This document shows positions 29,920 to 40,400 of a DNA stretch of 64,000 nucleotides, one piece after another (the stretch's first letter is position 1; each line of letters begins with the position of its first letter). The position numbers and the translations under genes were made by a program. The stretch is from positions 2,080,001-2,144,000 of the forward strand of contig OY970342.1 in NCBI GenBank assembly GCA_963717505.1. The letters run 5' to 3'. The notes below the pieces were generated by a model. It was not told the origin of the DNA. It did no database searches and was given only the letters and a program-made list of their open reading frames with translations. This DNA is from Candidatus Eiseniibacteriota bacterium (GTDB taxonomy: Bacteria > Eisenbacteria > RBG-16-71-46).

Positions 29920-31164
29920 GTGAACTTCGACCGGGTCGCTGGCGGCGAAGCGAAGGGCGTCGCGTTGGTCGCAGCACTGCTGGTCATGGTGGTGATCTCG
30001 TTGATCGCGACCGCGCTCATGATGACGGTCAACACCAACACCAAGCTCTCGGCGCTCGATGTGCGCGAGACCCAGGCCTTGCGGATCGCGGAGGCCGGAG
30101 TGGCCGAAGCGGTCGCCCGCCTGCGGCGCGGCGACATCACGGACCAGGGCAACCCGCGCATGGTCGCCCAGATCTTCCTGGCCTCGGACGGCAGGCTGCC
30201 GCCGATCGGAGCGGATTCGCTCCCGGTCGCCACCGGCCAACCCGAGGGCGCGTGGTTGACCTACAGCACGGCGTCGCCCGGGCCCGACGCGTTGACCATC
30301 GAGTACAAGACCGATCGCTCGCGGACCAAGATTCTCCGCTACGACGGCAACCAGACCCCGCCGGTCCAGGATCACTCCGGCAGCGCGATCTTTCGCATCA
30401 CCTCGACCGGACGCAAAGGCGAAGCGCGCCGCCGCATCGTGACCGAGGTCACCCAGCGGGCGTTCGACTTGAGCCTCAAGGGCGCGATCGCCGCCGGCGT
30501 CGGCGTCGGGCTCTCGGGGCAGGCCGTGGTCTGTGGGTTCAACCACCGAGTCGACACCCCTGCCCACGCCGGCGATCCCGGCCAGACCGGACCCGGGGGC
30601 TGCAACGAGAATGCGGGACTCAAGCAGTGGGAGACCGGTGACGAGGACCTGCCCGGGATCTGGTGCACCGGCGAGATTTCCCTGGGCACCGACGGACGCC
30701 CCTTCGGTGCACCGCCCCGGCTCGCGGGCCAGGTCCCGCTCTACGAGGGTCCGTGGGAGGTCCTCGGCATGTCCCGGGAGGCGTTCCAGGAATGGATCGG
30801 GCCCGGGCAGCGTGCGGAACCCCATCCGCCACTCGGCCTGGTCCACCTCGACGACAACGCTACCGCGCAGGACGTGTCCGGATCGTTCTCGCTTCATGGC
30901 GGCGATGGCTCGGGCTTCCTGTACGTCGACGGGGATCTGTCGCTCAGCGGTTCGTTCACCTATCGCGGGCTCCTCTACGTGGAAGGTGACCTCGAGGTGA
31001 ACGGTGATGCCTGGATTCTCGGCGCCGTGGTCGCCCGTGGCGGAGTCCGGCAGCGGAGCGGGGGCCGGCTGACGGTGCTCCACAGCCGGGACGCGGTGGG
31101 GCAGTGCGTGCCCCGTGGCCGGGACCGGATCGTGTTCCTCTCGTGGCGGGAAGTCTCGAAGTAA
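29920..31164 (+). CDS. PilX-like minor pilin
   Basis: AKG/VALVAALLVMVVI (no Glu5), A.RIAEAG..EA, FRITSTG, C-terminal GxLxVxGD beta-helix repeats, SWREV end. Confidence 0.8.
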   Translation: MNFDRVAGGEAKGVALVAALLVMVVISLIATALMMTVNTNTKLSALDVRETQALRIAEAGVAEAVARLRRGDITDQGNPRMVAQIFLASDGRLPPIGADSLPVATGQPEGAWLTYSTASPGPDALTIEYKTDRSRTKILRYDGNQTPPVQDHSGSAIFRITSTGRKGEARRRIVTEVTQRAFDLSLKGAIAAGVGVGLSGQAVVCGFNHRVDTPAHAGDPGQTGPGGCNENAGLKQWETGDEDLPGIWCTGEISLGTDGRPFGAPPRLAGQVPLYEGPWEVLGMSREAFQEWIGPGQRAEPHPPLGLVHLDDNATAQDVSGSFSLHGGDGSGFLYVDGDLSLSGSFTYRGLLYVEGDLEVNGDAWILGAVVARGGVRQRSGGRLTVLHSRDAVGQCVPRGRDRIVFLSWREVSK

Positions 31165-31432
31165 CCCGCTGGTCCCCCTGTCCTTAGCGGACTCCAGCCG
31201 GGGGCCTTCCGCCAGACGCCCTCGCCGATCGCCGGCACGCCCCCTGCGACTCGCCAACAAAAATCCTAACCGGGTAACCCGCTGCTCGACTAGCATGGCA
31301 GGGAACGCAGCTCGTCCTCCTGGCATGAGTCGGGCGTGCGGTGCTTGGATTCAGGCCCGCCGATCCATTGCCGGGGCGGCACAGCCGCGCGGAACTCCCC
31401 CGAGTCCGCACGTCGTCCCGGAGGTCGGTTCT

Positions 31433-34400
31433 ATGGTCCGCGTCCTCGCCCTTTTGTTTGCGGGCATTCTTGCCCTGTCCCCGTTGCCCGCCGCAGCGTT
31501 CCCCGATCCGACCGCAAGCCCGGCCACGAATGCGTCGGTGCCGCGCGAAGTCATCGTCCGGTTCCGCGCCGAGGCCACCGACTGGCAGCGCGACGCGCTG
31601 CGCACCCGCATGAACGGCCGGGTCAAATGGCAGTTCCGGCGGCCCGACGTGCAACTGATCGAACTCGAGTCCGGAACTGCGGAGGACGTCATCCTCCAGC
31701 TCGCGGACGATCCGCTGATCGAGTACATCGAGCCCAACTACCGCGTGCAGATCCTGGCGACGCCGAGCGATCCGCGCTTCTCGGAGCTGTGGGGCATGCG
31801 CAACATCGGACAGACCGGGGGGACCCCTGGAGCCGACATTCGCGCGCTCGCGGCCTGGGACGTGTTCACCGGGGATTCGACGATGCGGGTTGGCGTCATC
31901 GACACCGGCGTCGACTACACCCATCCCGATCTCGCCGCCAATATCTGGACCAATCCTGGGGAGATTCCCGGGAATTCGATCGACGACGACGGCAACGGGT
32001 TCGTGGACGACGTCCACGGCTTCGACGTCGTGAACTTCGATGGCGATCCGATGGACGACCACGGTCATGGCACGCACGTCTCCGGGACCATTGCCGGTGT
32101 CGCCAACAACGGCATCGGGGTGGCCGGCGTCAACTGGCGCGCGAAGATCGTCGGGATCAAGTTCCTCGACGGGGGCGGCGGCGGCTCGACCGCGGGTGCG
32201 ATCGCCGCGATCGAGTATTCGATCGCGATCGGCCTCAAGATCACCAACAACTCGTGGGGTGGTGGGGCGTACTCGGAGGCGCTGCTCGACGCCATCAACG
32301 CCGCGGGCACCGCAGGCCAGATCTTCGTCGCCGCGGCTGGCAACGGTTTCGGCAACGACAACGACGTGAATCCGCAGTACCCGGCGTCCTATCCGGCGGG
32401 GAACATCATTTCAGTCGCCGCCACCGACCACAACGATCAGCTCGCCGACTTCTCGAACATCGGCGCGACGACCGTGGACCTCGCGGCTCCGGGCGCCCTC
32501 ATTCTGTCGACGATTCCTTCCGGCGGCTACACCGTGGCCTCCGGAACCTCGATGGCAACGCCGCACGTCGCAGGCGCGCTGGCGTTGCTGTGGGGGCATC
32601 GGCCCGGTTTGACGGCGGCCCAGGCGCGGGCGCGCCTGCTGGCCGGCGTCGATCCCAGGCCTGCGCTCGCCGGCAAGATGGCGACCGGAGGGCGGTTGAA
32701 CGCCCTGTTCGCGATCGGCGACCCGGACTCGATTCCGCCCGGCGGGATCACTTCACTGTCGGTGCTTGGCGTGTTCTCCAACAGCGCGCTGCTCACGTGG
32801 ACCGCGACCGGCGACGACGGGGCGAGCGGACGCGCCTCGTCCTACGATTTGCGTTACTCGACCGCTCCGATCACCCCCGGGAACTTCGAGTCGGCAACCC
32901 CGTTCCCCGGCCCGGATCCCAGGCCGTCGGGGGCCGCGGACTCGGTCGAAGTCACCGGACTATCCTTCAGCACCACCCACTATTTCGCGGTGCGCGCGCT
33001 CGACGAGTATTCGAACCCGGGGCCGGTTTCGAATGTGGTCTCGGCGACCACGCTGGGAGCACCCGACGTGTCGCTGTCGCCGACCTCGATCAGTTCGACG
33101 CTGGCCGGCACCAGCGAGGTGCGGACCCTGACCATCGCCAACGTCGGGCCCGGCACCCTCGACTTCAGCATCCCGGCGCCGTCGACGGCACTGTCGCCCA
33201 TGCTGCAGCATCCGACCGTGACGGTCGCCAAAGGCGCGATGGACCCGCGCCACGGGACGCCGGTGGTAGTCGATCAGGGCGGCCCCGACAGCTTCGGGTA
33301 CCGCTGGATCGACAGCGACGACCCGGGCGGACCCGAGTTCGACTGGTTGGACATCACCACCGTCGGCACCCTGACGGCGGTGACCGGCGACGAAGACGTC
33401 GCCTCCGGGATCCCGATCGGATTCCCGTTCTCGTTCTATGGCACCGAATTCGAGAGCGTGAACGTTTGCGCGAACGGTTGGTTGTCGTTCACCGACGCGC
33501 GAATTCCTTCCTACAACATCCAGCCGCTGCCGAACGCCGGGCCCCAATCGCCCCAGGACCTGGTGGCGCCGTTCTGGTCGGACCTCCACGCGGGCGGCGT
33601 GCGGCGCGTCTACACCTACAGTGACGAAGAGCGCTTCGTGGTTTCGTGGGTCGGAATGGGCCACTACTTCCTGCCCGGTACCTTCACCTTCCAGGCCCAG
33701 CTCTACCGCACGGGCGAGATGCGCTTCCAGTACCACACGCTGAGCGGGCCCGACAGCTTCTCGTCGATCGGCATCCAGAACGCGACGCGCGACGTCGGGC
33801 TCAACATCTCGTTCTTCACCGACTACGCCCGCCCCGGCCTCGCGGTGCGGATCCTGCCGCCCGCGGCCTGGCTGACGGCGGAACCGCGGTCGGGCCGGAT
33901 TCCCGCGGGATCGAATCAGGCGGTGAACCTGACGCTGGACGCGACCCGGCTGCTGGGCGGCACCTATCGATCGGACCTGCACGTCACCAGCAACGACCCC
34001 GACGAGAGCGACGTCGTGGTTCCAGTCCAGCTCGTGGCGATCGGGGTTCCCGAGATCGAGCTGTCGAGAACCGCGATCGATTTCGGTTCCGTGCTCACCG
34101 GGGGAACGGCGCGTGAAACCCTGTTCGTCCAGAATCCCGGGACCGACAGCCTGCGCGTCACCAGTGTTACGTCGAGCCATCCGGCGTTCACGGCCTCGCT
34201 CGCGAGCCTGACCGTGCCCCCGCTCAGCCAGCGCCGGCTGCTGGTCGACTTCACGCCGCTCGCCAACGGTCCGTCGGGCGGCACCCTGACCCTGAACAGC
34301 AACGACGCGAACGAGGGCGTGCGCACCGTGGCGCTCTCGGGCGTCGGACTCCCGCCTCCCGACATCGCGGTTTCGCCTGAATCGCTGTGGGTCGGGCTCG

Positions 34401-37400
34401 ATGTCGGCGGTTCGACCACGCGCACCGTCCGCGTCGCCAATCCCGGTGAATCCGATCTCAACGTGATCGTGATGCCGATCGAGGTGCCGGGAGGGCCCGG
34501 GCCGGGTCCGGCCGGCATGCCCTCGCGACTTCCGGTGGATCCGCCGCCGGGCGGCCCGCCGCCGGTGCCGCCCGGTCCGGAAACCAATCTGGTCCCGCGC
34601 ACCCAGCCGCCGGTCGCCCTGGCCGGGTTCTACACCGGATCGCGCATGACCTTTGGCGTCACGGACTTCGGCGAAGTCATGCCGTTCCAGTTTCCGAACG
34701 GGAACGAGCATCTGGCGACCGGAGCCTGGATTTCGGGCTACACGGTCGGTTTCAAGACCGCCCTGGGTTCCGACTCGCTGATCAACACCTTCACCTCGGG
34801 GACCGAATTCCGAAACGGGATCGTGCCCGAGTCGTTCCAGGAACTCGAAGTCTCCTCGTCGCGCGTGTTGGTGCGTGTGACGACGCGCACGGCGGATGGC
34901 TCGATCCGGATCGTTCGTGACATCACGTTCCTGCGCAACGATCAGTTCGTGCACGTCTCGACCCGGATCGACAACCTGACCCTTGGCCCGCTCGCCGGGG
35001 TCATCTTCAAGGAATTCGCCGACTGGGACGTGGACAACGACCCGGGCGACGACACCTGGGACTTCGACCCGAGTCGCAATCTGGTCGTGGCTTCCGACCT
35101 GACCTACACCGGCCTGGCCGCGGGAACCACGCCGCAGGCGCTGGACCTCTACGGCTGGGACGACTTCTCGAGCTACGCGACCTTCGTCAACTTCCCCGTG
35201 GGGCCGATCGCGGGCCTGGACGGCCTGGCCTTGATGCACTTCGATCTCGGTACCCTCGACGGCAGCCAATCGGCTACGGCCGGCGCCTCCTATTGCGGCG
35301 GCGCCAACCTCGCCGACCTGCAGGCCGCCGTGGATCGCGCGAACGCAGGGGTCAGCTGGCTGACCGCGGTGCCCGATACGTTCACGGTGCCGGCCGGCGC
35401 CTTCCTCGATGTCACCGTCGGATTCGATGCCGGCGATCTGCTCGGCGGCGACTATCGCGCCATCCTTCGACTCGCGAGCAACGATCCGAACGAAGCGGAA
35501 TTCGACGTTCCGGTGCTGCTCCAAGTGACCGGCGTGCCGGACCTGACGGTCTTCCCCACGGCATTGACCTTCGACAGCACGTTCGTCGGCTACGTCAGCA
35601 TCGAGACCTTGGTGGTGCACAACCCCGGCACGGACTCGCTTCGCGTCTCGAACATCGTGTCGCCGAGCCCGGTGTTCGTCGCTTACCCGATGGGCTTCGT
35701 GGTCGGTCCCGGGGGCTCGCGGGCCCTGACCGTGGCGTTCGCGCCCACCAGCGTCGGCGTTGCCGGCGGGCCGCTGGAGTTCATTTCGAACGATCCATTG
35801 GAACCGACCTTCGCGGTTCCGCTCCAGGGAGTCGGGCTCGATCCGCCGATCGCGTCCGCCGAACCCGACTCGTTCCTGGTCGGGCTCTTCACCGGCGCGA
35901 GTCATCGACGCCAGCTGCTCCTGAGCAACACCGGGGGCAGCAATCTGCGCGCGACCATCGAAGCCGTCTCGACCGGCGGTACGGATTCGACATCATCGGC
36001 CAAGACCGTGCCGGCCGTGGTCGCGATGGCCAGCCCACGCCCCGGCGTTCGGCTCGACGATTGGAACTCGCAGGTGGGGAGCCGTGGCCCGGCTCTCAAC
36101 GCCCTGCCGCCGGCGCGGGCGTTTCCGGCATCCACGCTGCCTCTCGTGATTGAGGATCCGGCCGGCGACGGGGGTGTCGTCGACCTCCTGCGACTGCGCG
36201 GGTCGAGTTCCTCGGGCGAGCTCCGGGTCGCGTTCGAGCTGGCGTGCTGCGTGGATCCCTTCAACTTCGGCGGCTACTTGTCGCTCGACATCGACCAGAA
36301 TCCAGCGACCGGCGATCCGCCTTACTACGGCGCTCCCGGCCACGACATCGGTCAGGACGTGGTCGTCACCCTGTTCTCGCTGGGGTACGGGTACGTCGAC
36401 GTGTTTCAGACGCCGGGATCCTACCTGGGTGCGTTCCCGATCACGTTCGAGCCGACCGGATTCTCGTTCGCCATCCCGCTCGCGGTGCTCGGAGCCGACG
36501 GCGACATCGACGTCAGCGGTGTGATCGGCACGGGCAGCGGCCCGACCGACTGGTTCCCCGACACCGGACACGGCACCATTTCGAGCGCTTCGTGGTTGAG
36601 CTTCACACCGGCCGAGCTGACGATCCCGCCCGGATCGACCGTGGCCGTCGACGCGATATTCGATGCCGCCGGACTCAACGGTGGCGATTACTCCGCCGAC
36701 ATCATCATCCGCACCAACGATCCCGGGCCGGGGAGCACACTGATCGTGCCCGCACGACTGGAGGTGACCGGCGCGCCCGACATCGCGGTCTCACTGTCCA
36801 CCGTCGATTTCGGCAATCTGTTCATCGGCCTGTCGAGTGCCGAGTCGTTGATCGTGCGAAACGAAGGCACCGACGTGCTCGAGGTCACCGGCATCGCCAC
36901 GAGCGACCCGGCCTTCACGGTTTCGTCGACGTCGCTGGTCCTGCCTCCGGGCGCGAGCGCCGTCTTGATGTTGACGTTCACGCCCGCCGCGGCGGTCGGC
37001 TATGCCGGGGGACTCACGCTCCTCAGCAACGACTTCGACGAGCCCTCGCTGGTCGTGGCACTCACGGGCCAGGGCCTGAATCCGCCGATCGTCGGTGTGG
37101 CGCCCGAGTCCTTGCGGGTCGGACTGCTGACCAATGAGACCAAGGTGCGGACCCTGCGGGTGTCCAACACGGGCGGTTCCGATCTCGTGGTCACCGTCTC
37201 TGGCGCATTGTCTCCGCCGGACTCGGGGTCGGCGCCGACCTCGGCCGCCGCCGGTCCGGAAACCTTCGAGTTTGCGGGCTACGACCCGCGCCGCGAGACG
37301 CCGGGCGTGCTTCCCGGACCCGGAGGCGGCCAGGCGCCGGCGGGGGTGGGGCCCGAGATCAACCAGGTGCCGCGGACCCTTTCGCCCCGGGTGCTCATGG

Positions 37401-40400
37401 GCAACTACTCGGGGACTCAGTTGGCGTTCGGGCTCACCGACCTCGGGGAGGTCATGCCGTTCCAGTTCCCGCTGGGCAACGAGCATCTCGCCATCGGAGG
37501 TTGGGTTTCCGGCTACACGGTCGGCTACATCATCGACGGTTTCGCCCGTGTCTTCTGGGCGGGGCACGACACGCGTTTCGGAATCGTTCCGGTTTCGTAC
37601 CAGGAGCTGGTGAACTCGCCGACCTTCGTGTCGGTGCGGGTGACCACGGCGACCACGGACGGGGTCCTCAGGATCGTCCGCGACTTCGAATTCCTGCGCA
37701 ACGAGAACTTCATCCGGGTCACGACGCGACTCGAAAACCAGTTCGGCGCTCCGGTGCCGGGCGTCGTGTACAAGGAATTCGCGGACTGGGACATGGACGG
37801 CGATTTCACCGACGACAGCTGGGACTACGATCAGGGGCGTGGCCTGACGATTGCGTGGGACCAGAAGTTCGCCGGGCTTGCCGGTGGCCGGATTCCCGAC
37901 CAGATGGACATGTTCGGCTGGGGCGACCACGCCAACTACAGCACGTTCGTGGACTTCCCGGTCGGGCCGATCAACAACCTCGACGGCACCTCCCTGCTCC
38001 ACTTCAACCAAGGCACGCTCGCGGGCGGAGGCTCGATCTCGACCACCGTCTCCTACAGCGCAGCCCACAGTCTCCCCGAGCTTCTCGCCGCCGTGGATCG
38101 CGCCAACACGACGTGGTTGAGCGTGAGTCCGACGCAATTCACGGTGCCGGTCGGCGGACACACTGACCTGGCCGTGCTGTTCGACGCCACCGGGCTCCCG
38201 GGCGGCGACTATTCGGCCGAGATTCGACTCTCCAGCAATGATCCGGTTCGCGGCCTGGTACAGGTCCCGGTGCTTCTCGAGGTGACCGGAGTACCCGACA
38301 TTCGAGTGTCGCCCGAGGCCCTGGACTTCGGGCTGGTGTTCGTCGGCGCAGCGAGTGCCGAGACGCTGGAGGTGCGCAATCTGGGCAGCGATGTTCTCGA
38401 GGTCAGCAGTATCGTCTTCAGCGACCCGGCATTCACCAACGGCGAGGGCGCGTTCACCCTCGAGCCCGGCGCGAGCCGAACCCTGTTGGTCACCTTCCAG
38501 CCCGGCGCGCCGACCGCCTTCGCCGGCACCGCCGGAATCCACAGCAACGATCCTGACCATCCCGTGTTGAGCGTGGCGCTTTCCGGAGTGGGTCTCACGC
38601 CGCCCGAGGTCTCGGTCGAGCCCGAGTCCTTGAACGTGACCCTGAACCACGGAGAATCCGCGCAGCGCACCCTGGTCGTCGCCAACACCGGCGGTTCGGA
38701 CCTGGTGGCAACCGTGCTGGTCAGCGATGTGCCTCCGGACTCCACTGGGCCGATTCGCGTGTTCCCGCCCGACGGCTCGGCGAGCGTACCGGGGGCCCGG
38801 CCCGGCCCCGAAGCGAACGCCGCTCCCCCCGGGGGCCCTGCGCGAACGCTGGCCGGGCTCTACTTCGGAACCAAGATGTCGTTCGGGGTCAGCGACCTGG
38901 GCGAGATCATGCCCTGTCAGTTCCCGGTCGGCGTCGAGCACCTGTCGGTCGGCGCCCGGATTTCGGGCTATACCGTTGGCTTCATGGTCGGCTCGACTCC
39001 GGTCGTCTACCTTGCCGGTTACGATTCGCGTTACGGAATCGAGCCCGAGTCGTACCAGGAACTGGCGGTGACCCCCTCGGTGATCTCGGTGCGCGTCACC
39101 ACCCGAACCATCGACGGCATCCTGCGCATCATCCGCGTCATCACTTTCCGCCGTGCCGACCAGTTCGTGCACGTGGCCACCACCATCGAAAACCTGACCA
39201 GCTCGCCGATCGCCGGAGTCGTGTTCAAGGAGTACGCCGACTGGGACGTGGATCAAGACGCCGGCGGGGACTACTGGACACGAGACACCATGCGCGGCCT
39301 GGTCTACGCCTACGATCAGGACTACCTCGGCTTGGCCGGCAAGGATCCGCCGACCCTGCTGGACATCTACGGATGGGGCGATTACGGCAGCTACGACACG
39401 GTGGTCGAGACCTTCCCGATCGACCCGACGCCGGTCGACGGAATGGCGATGCTCCACTACTCGCTCGGCACGCTGGGCGCGAAAGGGAAGGTGACGCGCA
39501 ACGTGTCCTACTGTGCCGGCGCGACGCGTCCCGAACTGCTCGCGACGGTCGATCGCTCGGGCGCCGGTCCGCCATGGATCGGGGCCAGCCCGGTGAACCT
39601 GGTGGTCGCGCCCGGCCAGTCGCAAAACGTGACGGTGAGCCTCGAGTCTGACGGCCTCGCGGCTGGGGAGCATCAGGCCATCGTGGGCATCCGCAGCAAC
39701 GATCCGGACGAGCCGAGCCTGAACGTTCCGGTCCGGCTCACGGTGGTCGTCCAGCCCGACATCGCCGCCGATCCGCGCGACTTTGGAACGGTCTATGTGA
39801 GCCAGAACCGGGTCGAGTCGGTGGTTCTGCGCAACGAGGGCGCCGCTGTGCTCTCGATCACCGGCATGACCACGACCGGGAATTTCGCCGTGGTGGGTTC
39901 CGCGGTCGGGAGCATCCCCGCGGGCGGCACATTGAGTGTCCCCGTGCGGTTCACGCCGACCGCAGCGTGCACGCCGTGCACCGGCGCTTTGATCGTGTCT
40001 TCGAACGACCCGGACGAGAACCCGTTCTCGGTGCCGTTGACCGGAATCGGGGTCGTGCCGCCGCAGGTGACGGTGGGCCCGAGCGCCCTGCAGGCGACCC
40101 TGGCCCCGGCGCTCGGCCCGCCGGCGACGACCGGTTCCAAGACGCTCACCGTCGGGAATCCCGGGGGCAGTGTCCTCAGCGGGCGTGCGGTCCCGGTCGA
40201 GCTGGCCCTTCCCGAGGGCGCGCGCGTGATCGCCGTTGGACCGTTGGCGGCGCTGGAGTCCGACTCGGATGAGCCAAGAGCTCTCGGAGGAGGACCCGAC
40301 AACGGCGGCTATTCCTGGACGGCCAGCAACGAGCCCGGTGGCCCGGTGTTCGAGTGGGTCGACATCGCGCAGACCGCCAACCGCCTGCCTTTGGTCGGTA

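Noticed and set aside
31320-31336. Sigma54 promoter TGGCAT-N-GC upstream of the subtilase
   Set aside because: GG-N10-GC spacing fits but the TTGC element is absent; too weak in GC-rich DNA.
34480-34620. Collagen-like repeat in PGGPGPGPAG...PPPGGPPPVPPGP
   Set aside because: No sustained Gly-X-Y period; a Pro-rich linker.
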